Below are positions 8,348 through 18,335 of a stretch of DNA of 50,995 bases, in pieces (positions within the stretch are counted from its first letter, which is position 1; each line of letters starts with the position of its first letter). The notes beneath the pieces were generated by a model. It ran no database searches. It saw only the letters and a program-made list of their open reading frames with translations, and had not been told where the DNA came from. This DNA comes from a virus. The DNA lies in the IMG/VR virus record IMGVR_UViG_3300000976_000137, positions 1 through 50,995 of that record. One strand, written 5' to 3'. The position numbers and the translations under genes were made by a program.

Positions 8348-10513
8348 CTATAAGTGGCTCACCCCTTCTATATTAGGATGATGTTCCACCAAATCCATAG
8401 ACGCTGGTAAATTGGTTTTATAGATGACCTTCATACCCAAATTCTCGAAATAGTAGCGAAAATAGCGCTTACATACCTCATGTAACTCATCATCTATTTT
8501 GGTTGGTTGATAAATATTAACCAAGGTAACACCCTTTAATGAGGGCAAACTATACCCATCTGTCATCAATGTAATGAGCGAATCTTTATGCAGTAAAATT
8601 TGTTCGGGATTCTTTTTAAAGCGGTAATGGCTCATTTTTGGCTCATTAACAATCAAATCGGACCAAACAAGCACGATTCGTTTTCCTTCCATTTTAGATA
8701 AATGATTTAACCGATGATACATATTTCGATGGATATAGGAATGGCTCTTACCTTTACTTGGAACAGTCAACTCTGTTAGTGCTTGCTTTAATTCTACCGT
8801 AAATTTTTGTGGTAACTTCCGATGCTCCATTTCATTACGAGTAAAAAATGACTGGCTGGGAGGTAGAGTTAGAACCTGGGCAGATTGGGTCGATACTTCC
8901 CCGATTTGCGAAAGAGAAACCGTTATTTTCCCCCATTCTCCTTTCTTCGTATCAATGTCAATTGTGCTTAGCACATAGTTTAAAATAGGGTCAATTTCTG
9001 GTGAGGTCGTTATTCCTGTCTGGTCATATAAAATTTCTAAATGAGTTTCAGCTAATTCTTCAGTAGCATTAGGTGTACATCCAAAGCAGCTTAAACTAGC
9101 CATAAGTAGTAAAATCGAGGCATTTTTGAGAGGGGTAAATATCCCATTTTTAGGTTTATCTTTATTATCTTTCTCTAAAAATGCTTTGCTCTTTAGTGTA
9201 TTTTGTAACAAATCTTGATATTTATCTAAGGCATTCTGCTTGGTAGCGGCTAACTGACCTAAACATTCCTTTTCATGGTCATTGACCTTTGCCAGAGTGA
9301 TTGCACATTGTTCTAATTGGGTTTTTAGCTCCTCTTTTTCTTGCTCCATCATTTTTTCAGATTGATGCTTGGATTCCCATTCAATTGCTTCACATTTTTC
9401 TTGATAATCACTTTCAATGATGTTGATATAATTCTCTTTTGCATCTATTTTTGCCGAAAACTTGTAGCGTAAGGCTTGAATATTGAAAAACTCCTTATTA
9501 TTGGCGTGGAAGAAGGCAAGAATGACTGTACCGCCAGCAATGATAAAGTTAATGATGAAGTAAAATATTTTCGTCATCACAGGTACTTCCATATTCAGCC
9601 GAAAAGCACTTAATAAGATACATAATAAGAAAGTAGCTGCTGCAAAAATCTTAATGGCGGTTTTGTTTTTCTTATAAAGAGAAACTCCTAATTCCTTAGC
9701 AGTAAGGGCTAAACCAACTGCAAAAAACACTCCTAATAACATTGCTCCTGTATTAGACTCACCAATGCTTGCCGTTTGAAAACTAGTAAAATTGACACTA
9801 ATCTCTAAAAAGAACAGGAAAGTCACTAACCCCCAAAAGACCCAACCATAATTCAACCATCCTTTCATGGGGGGTATCTGGTTATACTCGTTCATCAAAT
9901 TTTGATATTGAACTTCGCTATGGCTTAATTTCTCTTTCAAGTGTCGTACTTGTTCTTTTAAGGCGGCACTAACCCCTAAAACATTCCCCTCTTTTAAAAT
10001 AAGGAAGAATAAGTTTAAGTTTTTGGCAGGAAGTTTAATATTCTTAGCTGCTTTTGCTAAATCCTTTCGTTTCCCTTTTTCTGTTTCCTCTGAATAATAC
10101 TCTATTGTTTTAGGATTATTTAACTTCTCCTCCAATTCGGCTTTTTTCTTTTCTTCTTTTCGCCGTGTATCTAGGTGAAGGTGTGAAATTTCCGCTGCTA
10201 CCTTATCATGTTGGGCAATGATTGTCTTTTCTGCATGACTAGGATTACCATTTAAGGCAGGGGGAACATTATAAGCCGCATCTGTAATTGCTTTCTGTGC
10301 TGTTTTTTCCATCATAGTCTTACTATCATTGAGTAAGTCTTGACTTTTTTGCATTAGTGGTTGCAATTCATCCTTGACCATATCCATTTTTAGAGTAGGC
10401 GTAGGATTCGTAACTATTACCTTTTGTTGAGGAAAAATGGGTGATTGTTTCTTCTTTTTAGAAGAGAGTAGGGAGACAGCTCCCTTGGCTAATTTCAATA
10501 CTTTGAAAATCAT
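8348..10513 (-). CDS. large coiled-coil membrane protein, unknown function
   Basis: 721 aa with K/E-rich coiled-coil stretches and a central cluster of about 5 TM helices. A Cys-containing hydrophobic segment 'LLLMASLSCFGC' is followed by an unassigned domain of about 240 aa. First gene of the T4CP operon. Confidence 0.65.
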   Translation of the reverse strand: MIFKVLKLAKGAVSLLSSKKKKQSPIFPQQKVIVTNPTPTLKMDMVKDELQPLMQKSQDLLNDSKTMMEKTAQKAITDAAYNVPPALNGNPSHAEKTIIAQHDKVAAEISHLHLDTRRKEEKKKAELEEKLNNPKTIEYYSEETEKGKRKDLAKAAKNIKLPAKNLNLFFLILKEGNVLGVSAALKEQVRHLKEKLSHSEVQYQNLMNEYNQIPPMKGWLNYGWVFWGLVTFLFFLEISVNFTSFQTASIGESNTGAMLLGVFFAVGLALTAKELGVSLYKKNKTAIKIFAAATFLLCILLSAFRLNMEVPVMTKIFYFIINFIIAGGTVILAFFHANNKEFFNIQALRYKFSAKIDAKENYINIIESDYQEKCEAIEWESKHQSEKMMEQEKEELKTQLEQCAITLAKVNDHEKECLGQLAATKQNALDKYQDLLQNTLKSKAFLEKDNKDKPKNGIFTPLKNASILLLMASLSCFGCTPNATEELAETHLEILYDQTGITTSPEIDPILNYVLSTIDIDTKKGEWGKITVSLSQIGEVSTQSAQVLTLPPSQSFFTRNEMEHRKLPQKFTVELKQALTELTVPSKGKSHSYIHRNMYHRLNHLSKMEGKRIVLVWSDLIVNEPKMSHYRFKKNPEQILLHKDSLITLMTDGYSLPSLKGVTLVNIYQPTKIDDELHEVCKRYFRYYFENLGMKVIYKTNLPASMDLVEHHPNIEGVSHL

Positions 10514-10655
10514 CGTCTAAAATTTTTGTAGCGTTAAAAAAAATAACAACATAGTTGTTTTAATAAAGGCAATAGTGTTTCATTCTCTGTTTATGGTTCT
10601 AAACAGGGTTATTATTAGTAGAGAAGTAAGAAATGCTACTATTTTATCTCTTGAA

Positions 10656-11582
10656 TTAGTTATTAGAAAAATTGTAATCTAACACAGTCTTTGTCCAGTT
10701 TGCGTTTACGTCTAGAACTGATTTAGTTGAAATTCCGTGGATAGCTTTAGTTTTTTCTGTGCCAAAATTTAAGACTTTCCATTTGTTCGATACATTTTCT
10801 TCCCATTCATAGCTATTATAAGAAGGTTTATACCCTTCTGCGGTAATTTCAGCTAGTAAATTAGCAGTAATAGGAAGGGCTTTAATTTCATTAGGAACTT
10901 CAGCAATTCTTCGTGCGAGTCTCATTTTGTTAACATAATGAATCTGTCCAAATAGTTTCCCTACAAAACCATTCCATTGCTTACGTGTGACAGGTGTTTG
11001 TTTTAGTTGCTCAATTTGTTTTAAGTCTTTTGCTAGTATCTTTTCTGTTTTTGGAAAAAGTTTTTTTACTTGCTCAAGCAGTTCGTTAGTACTAATTTTC
11101 TTTCTTTTCTCAAAGGTTGAGAAACGTCGTTCGGCTGAAAGAATAGTGAAATTATTACAAATTTTAACATTCCCCCCAAAAGCGATTTCTTCTCCATGTT
11201 CATTTAAATTGATAGCAATAGCAGGGAAATAGTCTTGACTGAGTCCTTCAACTTCAATTTTTATGATAGCTCGATTACATACCAGATTCTTAGGAGAGGT
11301 TTCTAGAAGTTCAGCATCTGTTACTTTTTGTACTTGTTTTTTTGTTTGGTCCACCTTTAAAATGCTATTTCGTTCTATATAAATAGAGTTAATATTGACG
11401 AATCCTCCTTTTACATGTTTACTCAAATTTTCTATACAAGCTTCTAACAACCAAGAATTGGAATGTCTTCGGTTTACATCATTATAGGTAAACATATTTA
11501 GAAATGCTGTAGGTTCTACCTGTAATACTTTTGTTAAATTGGGGGTTTCTTTTTGTTGGTCAATAATGAAGTTTTTAAGCAT
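10656..11582 (-). CDS. hypothetical protein (possibly DUF3871/DUF932-related)
   Basis: 308-aa ORF. The family hint rests only on length, context and 'KICNNFTI'. Confidence 0.5.
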   Translation of the reverse strand: MLKNFIIDQQKETPNLTKVLQVEPTAFLNMFTYNDVNRRHSNSWLLEACIENLSKHVKGGFVNINSIYIERNSILKVDQTKKQVQKVTDAELLETSPKNLVCNRAIIKIEVEGLSQDYFPAIAINLNEHGEEIAFGGNVKICNNFTILSAERRFSTFEKRKKISTNELLEQVKKLFPKTEKILAKDLKQIEQLKQTPVTRKQWNGFVGKLFGQIHYVNKMRLARRIAEVPNEIKALPITANLLAEITAEGYKPSYNSYEWEENVSNKWKVLNFGTEKTKAIHGISTKSVLDVNANWTKTVLDYNFSNN

Positions 11583-11639
11583 AACTTATAATTTGTAGTA
11601 GATTATACTGAAAATAGAATCTACGTGTTATCAATGGAG

Positions 11640-11918
11640 TTAGTGAATGTTACATCTAATTACAGTCTTGACTAATAATGAAGACGGAAGAGGTTGTTTC
11701 TGAATTTGCTTTTCAAATATATCTTCTACCTGATACTTAGTATTGTAATAATGGTTGATGGTTTCCACTATCTTGATGCAAGTTGAATCTTTTACTTCCA
11801 ACCCTTTGCAGATATTAGTAATTTCTTGTTGAGAAATTTTAGCAGCGATAGCTAATTCTGGTACTCTTATTCCAAGCTGAATTATTAAATTTCTTAATTT
11901 GTAGTTACTGGTCATCAT
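11640..11918 (-). CDS. small putative HTH DNA-binding protein
   Basis: 92 aa. 'VPELAIAAKISQQEITNICKG' looks like a helix-turn-helix. Confidence 0.45.
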   Translation of the reverse strand: MMTSNYKLRNLIIQLGIRVPELAIAAKISQQEITNICKGLEVKDSTCIKIVETINHYYNTKYQVEDIFEKQIQKQPLPSSLLVKTVIRCNIH

Positions 11919-12013
11919 AGAAATAAGATTTTGAAGTTGAGAAATAAGTGGTTGGATTTTTTAGCCAACCACCTGAAAAACGACTGCCAATCAATACAAG
12001 ATTGGCTGGTTTC

Positions 12014-12466
12014 TTATTCATAATGTATAATTCTAGTTGTAATCAACTTCACGTCTTCTTCTTTTGCTTTTTTGTAAAGCTTAAACATTTCTTTATACAG
12101 TTCTTTTTTTAATAGAGTGGGTTTAGAAATGAGAATGATGAATAGAGATTTTTCTAAATCTGAATTTTGGCAATTACTATGTAAATAGTTAACATTTTCA
12201 AATCCATGAGCCTCTAAATATGCTATGCGTCTAACTACATAATCAAAATTTTCAAAGAAACTTTCAGCAAGTACAAAGTGATTTTTAGGTATGGAAATAG
12301 GACAGGTCGAATAACCTTCTTCAATACTGACCAATTGACTATATGACTTATTTTCAGAAGTTAACGGTAGACTAGATTGGGCTAATGTGTAGGTAAATGA
12401 AGCCATTGCCACGATAGCAATGATTAATTTTCTTAATGTGGAGTTAGTTAGAGTAGAATTTTTCAT
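12014..12466 (-). CDS. secreted hypothetical protein
   Basis: 150 aa with an N-terminal signal-like segment 'LIIAIVAMASFTYTLAQ'. Confidence 0.5.
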   Translation of the reverse strand: MKNSTLTNSTLRKLIIAIVAMASFTYTLAQSSLPLTSENKSYSQLVSIEEGYSTCPISIPKNHFVLAESFFENFDYVVRRIAYLEAHGFENVNYLHSNCQNSDLEKSLFIILISKPTLLKKELYKEMFKLYKKAKEEDVKLITTRIIHYE

Positions 12467-12723
12467 AAGACCGATTAATTTTAAAGATTAATTAATCAGC
12501 CAAGCTTTATCAATGGCAGTCGTTTATTTTTCTGTGTTTATCAGAATCTTTAACAAAGATAAGGAGTATTACTGACTTATGCAAGATAAAAATAAGGAAT
12601 GTTTCTATTTTTTAAAGGATTGATGCTGACTTTTTGGAAAAATATTTGATATCTGGCATGATAGTTTCTGTTATTGTCTGTATATTGCACTTGATTATAG
12701 ATGTTTTTTAAATTTACTTTAAA

Positions 12724-14919
12724 ATGAACCACCAAAGTGATAGATGGAAGAAATCTAATCTTCCACAGCAACTAATTGATTTTCTGGAGGGTAAAGACAA
12801 TGCTTTTCCATATGATTTTTTTGCAAATGATACGTATTCAGAGACTAAAAAGCTAAAGGCTATTATTGATGCCATTGGAAGTACAATTCAAAACTATGCT
12901 GCTGATAATACAGAAGATATTAGAGTCAGGACACTTATTAAGACCAAGGTTCACCGTGAAAATTTACAAGATTACTTAGATAGAAAAGTTATTCTGCAGC
13001 TATTTGATACAAAAACGCTAAAGCGTTGCTTGGACGGTTCCCCAGCTTCTCCTGCAACTATAGAGATTTTAGAGGTTTACAAAGAGATTATAGAAAAAAG
13101 AGAAAGAGAAAAAGAAAAAAGAAGAAAAGTATTTAAAAGGATTTCTGGAATATATCATCAATTTGTAACACATAGTAGCCGAAAAGATAGATTTCAAGAA
13201 TCTATCTATAGAATAGAAGAAGATGGCTCATGTGTAACAAAATATGTTAATTCTGATTATGAGATAAAAACTGAAACCTTAATTCCAGAATTAGTTGGAG
13301 ATTCAGGGCTATTACTAAAACTGAAACGAAAAAGGCACTTAGCTATTTTCTATCTTTATATTGGAGGAGATATTACTCCTAATTATAATTATATTCAAGG
13401 GGTATTCATTTATTCAAATACTAGAGAAACTGGTAATATGGCTAACTTAGCTGTGTTCAAAAAGATAAGGGTAGAAGTAAAAGAAAAAACAGATAAGGGT
13501 AAAAAGAGAGAGAGAGTAGATATAGATAAAGAAATAAAGCAAAAAGAAGAAGATATATTTAAAACATTTGTTCCTTTCAGAGAAAGAGAAGACATTTTAA
13601 CTCCGATGGAGTATGAGAAAACGGGTAAGGAGGGAAAATATAAAAAAGAGTATGTTGATTATGAGCATAAACTAGAGATTAGACAGAACATTCAATATTT
13701 TCTCTCTCATCATTGTCCACCAATTAAAACCTTTCTTTATGAAGGAATCAAAACCTTTGATTTTTCGAAGTCATTAGCAATTAGTCCTGGTCCCTACGGT
13801 AAAAAGGCACTCCATTATAATAAAATTAAGAAACTAGAAGGCGACTATTACTTCTATTTCAATGAGCGTTATCCTTCCGTTAAGAAGGGAAATCTAAATG
13901 ATAAAAATTTATCAAAAGATGAAAACCCAATGATACTACCTGAGAAAACTAAATATTTCTCTTCAGTTGGTAAATCTATACTAAAGATAAAAACTGATAA
14001 AATTACTGGTGCATTGAAAGGTAAGTTATGTGTAAGGAAAAATGAGGAGGGACATGTCTTAAAGTATGAAGGATTTATACTAAATAATCAACTTCATGAT
14101 AGTTCTTATGTGATGATGTTACTCTATTTAATAGAAGAGAATAAGAGGAAGATTGATGAACCTCATCGCTGCATATATTTATTATTAAATTTTATTGATG
14201 ATAATAAATTGCTTGGTAATTATTCTGTTTCTTACACGCCTCCTAAGGAGTTGGGAACAGGTATAGGGCTTGCAATCAAAACGGCTGAATTAAAAAATGC
14301 AGAACCAGATGTGATTTCTTCTCATAACAGAAGTTTTCAACTAGGTTCAGATTCATTAGAGGATAATATTGTCAACTTCTTTTCTAACACAAGGAAATCT
14401 CTAATATTTACACCGTCTTTTAAGGATATTAAAGATAGCCGTGATATCGTGAACCAAGGAATTTATAAGCTTTATAGTCAACGTAAGAGTGGTGGTATAA
14501 GAATGGGATTCTTGGTTATTTTCCCTAATGGCTATGTTATGCATATAGATTCGTACAAGAGTCGTTCTTTTGGGGATGCTCAAAGAGTAGGTAATGTTTT
14601 AAATATTATTCTAGAAAATGAGAAAAACCAGAGAACAGGATTCTTTTGTTTTCGAGTTGATAATACCTCTTCGGAGAAAGGCATTGTCTATCGAGGTACT
14701 TTTTCAGGTACAGTTAAAAGAGGAGATGAAGATGCTATTGCTTCAAGAGTGGTAATCCATTTAGATTCGGACCCTTCATCTAATCTTGTATTAACTGATA
14801 ATGATATTAATTCGCTTCAATCACAAAAGATTCCTGAAAGTATTGAGGATATTTTTAAAGAAAGTGTGAATCGCATAGAATATGATAATGGCAAACCATC
14901 TTTTCTAGAGGATAAGTAA
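12724..14919 (+). CDS. large orphan protein, no recognisable domain
   Basis: 731-aa uninterrupted ORF in an AT-rich island, with a K/E-rich linker and three similarly organised modules (see findings). Confidence 0.7.
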   Translation: MNHQSDRWKKSNLPQQLIDFLEGKDNAFPYDFFANDTYSETKKLKAIIDAIGSTIQNYAADNTEDIRVRTLIKTKVHRENLQDYLDRKVILQLFDTKTLKRCLDGSPASPATIEILEVYKEIIEKREREKEKRRKVFKRISGIYHQFVTHSSRKDRFQESIYRIEEDGSCVTKYVNSDYEIKTETLIPELVGDSGLLLKLKRKRHLAIFYLYIGGDITPNYNYIQGVFIYSNTRETGNMANLAVFKKIRVEVKEKTDKGKKRERVDIDKEIKQKEEDIFKTFVPFREREDILTPMEYEKTGKEGKYKKEYVDYEHKLEIRQNIQYFLSHHCPPIKTFLYEGIKTFDFSKSLAISPGPYGKKALHYNKIKKLEGDYYFYFNERYPSVKKGNLNDKNLSKDENPMILPEKTKYFSSVGKSILKIKTDKITGALKGKLCVRKNEEGHVLKYEGFILNNQLHDSSYVMMLLYLIEENKRKIDEPHRCIYLLLNFIDDNKLLGNYSVSYTPPKELGTGIGLAIKTAELKNAEPDVISSHNRSFQLGSDSLEDNIVNFFSNTRKSLIFTPSFKDIKDSRDIVNQGIYKLYSQRKSGGIRMGFLVIFPNGYVMHIDSYKSRSFGDAQRVGNVLNIILENEKNQRTGFFCFRVDNTSSEKGIVYRGTFSGTVKRGDEDAIASRVVIHLDSDPSSNLVLTDNDINSLQSQKIPESIEDIFKESVNRIEYDNGKPSFLEDK

Positions 14920-14997
14920 AAATAATGATTGACTAAAGTTTTGTATTGGTCATAATAAGTAAATTATTTAACCAGTTTCTATTTTTAACTTGTTTTT

Positions 14998-15013
14998 TGT
15001 GATGTTTGTCACA
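14998..15013. promoter_or_regulatory. perfect CRP/FNR-type palindrome TGTGA-N6-TCACA
   Basis: 'tgtgatgtttgtcaca' lies 32 nt upstream of the ATG at 15046. Confidence 0.4.
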
Positions 15014-15045
15014 CACATAATCATAGAAACACAAATCTTTAAGTC

Positions 15046-15309
15046 ATGATAGACGAAAAAAACATCTATGACGGGGACCCATGTAATCGCAGAAGCTGCC
15101 AAAGAAACTTAAACCGTGCTTATGAAGAGGTTAGGTTAATTACGAATCGAACTTCTGCAGAACTAAGTGATTGTTGGGATAAAATATCGCTTACTAAAGG
15201 ACAGTTTTGGGCAGTCGTTAATCATTTCAGACTAGACCAATCAGAAGTTAGAAAAGTGATTGATAACTACAAAAAAACTCATAGATATGAGGTTGATTCT
15301 GTACTTTAA
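15046..15309 (+). CDS. hypothetical protein
   Basis: 87-aa ORF followed by the hairpin at 15321..15351. Confidence 0.5.
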   Translation: MIDEKNIYDGDPCNRRSCQRNLNRAYEEVRLITNRTSAELSDCWDKISLTKGQFWAVVNHFRLDQSEVRKVIDNYKKTHRYEVDSVL

Positions 15310-15320
15310 TCAAAAAAATA

Positions 15321-15351
15321 ACAGCCATTTGCAAGCTTTGCAGATGGCTGT
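15321..15351 (+). terminator. hairpin terminator
   Basis: 'acagccatttgc' pairs with 'gcagatggctgt' (12-bp stem, one mismatch) around a 7-nt loop. Followed by 'ttgtatatcttt'. Confidence 0.5.
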
Positions 15352-15446
15352 TTGTATATCTTTGATAATTATTTTTGCCCCTCTTATCTTTTCTTTCCTA
15401 GTAGATTCGACCGTCTATTTCTAGTACGGTAAGGTAGAAATGAAGG

Positions 15447-16796
15447 TTATTCTAAGAATAGTTTTATCTTTTGATTATAGCCGTTTACACTAAATTCTTT
15501 TAAGCCCGTTCCATCGGCATTAATACGAAAAATCTTATCCTTATTCTGAAAAATAGTGTAACCAGCATTTTCAAAACGATAAATATTGCCTGCTTTATAG
15601 GAGGTTATCTTCTTACTTTCTTTAGTGATGACATCATAAACCCAAGTACCTTGGTTTAGCAAATCGCCATGTGTAGTATAGAGTAACTTGCGGTCGGAGA
15701 GCCACCCAAAAGCAACATCATTTCTGATATGTTCTTCATAAAAGGGTATGTCTGCGGAGTGGAAAAGCTGGGTTTGTTCCTTTGTTTCAAGGTTGATGAT
15801 AGAGAGGTAATGCCCATGTTTTCGCTGTTGAACGTAGTTCTTTTCTTGAATAAAGAGCATAAAATCATGACCAGGTGAAATACATCTGGCTTTCCCATTG
15901 GCAAAGCGTCGCATATTATCAGTAAATTCCATATCAAGTACAGAATGAGGAATGGGTGTTACAGTCGTTGAGGTTGCAAAATTATAAATCCAGCCCCCGT
16001 ATAAATAGTCGTCATTTTGTTTTGCTTTCTCTGTTATAAAAGCGGTATGGGCATCTAGCCATATCATTGGATAACCTCTCGTTGAATATATCTTATCTCC
16101 ATCAAGTGGATGCTTTTGATAAGTCTTTAAATCTACCGTATAAGGGGCGAAATAATTTCGAGGTGACCTTGCGGTAACAAATCTACCTGTTGGCGAAATT
16201 ATACCTTGTTTTTCAACAGGTTTTTTATATTGAAAGTGAAACTCTGTCTCATACCCTGGCGCACCTAGAAAAGGATTGTTTTCTATCGTTCCTTTTTTTG
16301 CATCAACAATGTAATAATTTTGCCGATAATTAAGGCAGATATAATCCCCGTACCAATGGTCTATTGGTATTTTGTAACTGAATACACCTAATTGAGTTAA
16401 TTGCCGATGATTCACTAAGCCCCCAGCTTTCCAACTAATATCGGCTGCCCATAAATCTCTGTCTTTATGATAAAGAACATAGTTCATATCAGGCGAGATT
16501 AAGCCATTTTGCTTAAAATCTAGCCTTCTGATGAACTTACCTTTTTTGCCATAAAGCCAGAGAGATTTACTATCATTAATGATAATCGTATCTAGCCCTG
16601 CTACTTTTTTGAGGTCGCCAGGAACAAAAGACAAAGGAACTTTGCTAAAATCTCGGATGTCAAATAGTTCCTTACCCACAAAGAAGTAATATTTATAGTC
16701 GCTCGTATCAGTAAGTGCGGTATTTAGTGTCGTAATTGCGAAGGCTGTTGTAAATGTAGAAAAGAATAGAGCAATTGCCAGTAGTGATTTTCTCAT
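15447..16796 (-). CDS. secreted beta-propeller-like protein (TolB/PD40-like guess)
   Basis: 449 aa with the signal peptide 'LLAIALFFSTFTTAFA'. Repeated aromatic/Gly-rich beta-strand-like segments, including 'ISPDMNY' and 'ISPTGRF'. Confidence 0.6.
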   Translation of the reverse strand: MRKSLLAIALFFSTFTTAFAITTLNTALTDTSDYKYYFFVGKELFDIRDFSKVPLSFVPGDLKKVAGLDTIIINDSKSLWLYGKKGKFIRRLDFKQNGLISPDMNYVLYHKDRDLWAADISWKAGGLVNHRQLTQLGVFSYKIPIDHWYGDYICLNYRQNYYIVDAKKGTIENNPFLGAPGYETEFHFQYKKPVEKQGIISPTGRFVTARSPRNYFAPYTVDLKTYQKHPLDGDKIYSTRGYPMIWLDAHTAFITEKAKQNDDYLYGGWIYNFATSTTVTPIPHSVLDMEFTDNMRRFANGKARCISPGHDFMLFIQEKNYVQQRKHGHYLSIINLETKEQTQLFHSADIPFYEEHIRNDVAFGWLSDRKLLYTTHGDLLNQGTWVYDVITKESKKITSYKAGNIYRFENAGYTIFQNKDKIFRINADGTGLKEFSVNGYNQKIKLFLE

Positions 16797-16939
16797 GATT
16801 TAAGTTTTATTAAGAAATCGGTTGTGATTTATTTTGCAAAGATAGGGATTAAAAAATAAAACCATGATATTAAATGGGTTTAATGCCATGATTTAATTAA
16901 ACGTACCTTAAATAATGGACTGAAACGAACTTTGCTATC

Positions 16940-17218
16940 ATGGAAGAACATGATAAAAACCTAGAATTTACAAAAAGGTATTTGCTGCAAAATGGCGAAC
17001 GCTTAAAGACTTTACGTAAAGCAAAGGGCTTTAAAAACTATGAGAAGTTTGCTTATCTGAATGATATAGGACGCTCTCAATATGGAAAGTATGAGAAAGG
17101 AGCAGATATGCGCCTTAGTACCTTTTTTCGTGTACTAAAAGCAATGAATGTGAATCCCATTGAGTTTTTTAGTGAAGATTTTGATTTTAAGGAATGGGGC
17201 GAAGAACCCAAATCCTAG
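16940..17218 (+). CDS. XRE-family HTH transcriptional regulator
   Basis: 92 aa. 'LKTLRKAKGFKNYEKFAYLNDIGRSQYGKYEKGADMRLSTFFRVLKAM' fits the Cro/C1-type HTH pattern. Confidence 0.8.
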   Translation: MEEHDKNLEFTKRYLLQNGERLKTLRKAKGFKNYEKFAYLNDIGRSQYGKYEKGADMRLSTFFRVLKAMNVNPIEFFSEDFDFKEWGEEPKS

Positions 17219-17235
17219 CTTCTTTTTCTTTTCAC
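17219..17235 (-). repeat. copy of the GTGAAAAGAAAAAGA(AG) motif (reverse orientation)
   Basis: 'cttctttttcttttcac' starts 1 nt after the XRE stop codon and is identical to 41590..41606. Confidence 0.7.
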
Positions 17236-17519
17236 GGTTTCTGTCTCAAGCGGCGGATTTGGTAGCTATAGTTGCCATGAGAAAAATAGGGTAGGGCGGT
17301 ATTGCCTTTGGGGTATGTTAATTTTGATACAGACCTTGAATTATTATCGTTTGTGCAAAAAAGCAAAATTTAGACTTCTCCTACTTTCCTATAAATCAAC
17401 CCTTTAGCCCATTATGTATTTTGGCCAGTTTGCACAGATTAGAGTTTGTAGAATGTCCCTTTTTTGACGTAATTGCGTCTCTTTAGCTATCGTTACTATG
17501 GGTGAATAAGGTAGGGTAG

Positions 17520-18233
17520 TTATTCGGCTAACTCGAAGGAAAATCCACAATCACCGCAGATGATGTTGAGTTCTAGCTTTCCCCAGACATTGTTATTACA
17601 GGGGCAGCTATACTTATTTTTGGAAGTCTTGGGTTTAGGTGGAGCTTCGCTTTCATCCAACCCCATAATGCCACTAATGCTTACCATTCCTGCTAATCCG
17701 CTTGTGAACATGGCTGTATTTTTCCGAAAATCACCTTCGACTGAAGTAAAGGGCAACTTATATTCGTCTGGCATTTCGTCCAAGGCTTTGAGAAATTTCC
17801 CTCCTTTTTCGGGATAATCGCTCATATTTTGCCCTGTCATTCTACCGCCAATTTGCCCGTTATGGCTGGGTATCAAGCCAACCCATAGCATTTGTGATGC
17901 CCATTCTTTGTTGTGGTAGCCATTACGGGAAGGCTTACCAAGTGTATATTGCCAGATATGGCATTGTTCATGCACTAGCGTACTATACACATCGACTAAA
18001 GACATGGAGAGAATTTCGGGATTTAGCGAAAGTTCGTGAATTGTTCCTTTCCCTGCTTCATCCTCTGCTTTGCGCCAACGGAAAGGAGCAACAAAGCCCA
18101 TTGCCTTGCTCTTACGGCTGAGGTTCAGAATCACAGGCGGCAATTCATTATCAAAAAGCTTTTCGTTGAAATATTCGTAAGCATCCTCAAAAGCTTCAAA
18201 TTGTGCGGTCGTAGGGTGCATTTCAATTCCCAT
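17520..18233 (-). CDS. SprT-like zinc metallopeptidase-domain protein with C-terminal zinc ribbon
   Basis: 237 aa. 'LVHEQCHIWQ' (HExxH), 'GYHNKEWA', and C-terminal 'CPCNNN...CGDCG'. Confidence 0.75.
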   Translation of the reverse strand: MGIEMHPTTAQFEAFEDAYEYFNEKLFDNELPPVILNLSRKSKAMGFVAPFRWRKAEDEAGKGTIHELSLNPEILSMSLVDVYSTLVHEQCHIWQYTLGKPSRNGYHNKEWASQMLWVGLIPSHNGQIGGRMTGQNMSDYPEKGGKFLKALDEMPDEYKLPFTSVEGDFRKNTAMFTSGLAGMVSISGIMGLDESEAPPKPKTSKNKYSCPCNNNVWGKLELNIICGDCGFSFELAE

Positions 18234-18248
18234 TATCTTAAATTTAGA

Positions 18249-18314
18249 TTGTAAAGTACCTTACAAAAATAAGAGCTTCGAATGAGAAATTCAATTTTGT
18301 AAGGTACTTTACAA
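18249..18314. promoter_or_regulatory. pair of perfect 20-bp inverted repeats (candidate recombinase or operator site)
   Basis: 'ttgtaaagtaccttacaaaa' (18249..18268) and its exact reverse complement (18295..18314) are separated by 26 bp. Each arm is itself an 18-bp near-palindrome. Confidence 0.6.
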
Positions 18315-18335
18315 GAAAATTTGCATCAAAAAAAG

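Noticed and set aside
17291-17300. Recurring GGGTAGGG / CCCTGCCCTAC-like strings near gene ends (8338, 17291, 17508, 38566, 41695)
   Set aside because: The matches are only 8..11 nt, with inconsistent flanks and orientation. This is within chance expectation.
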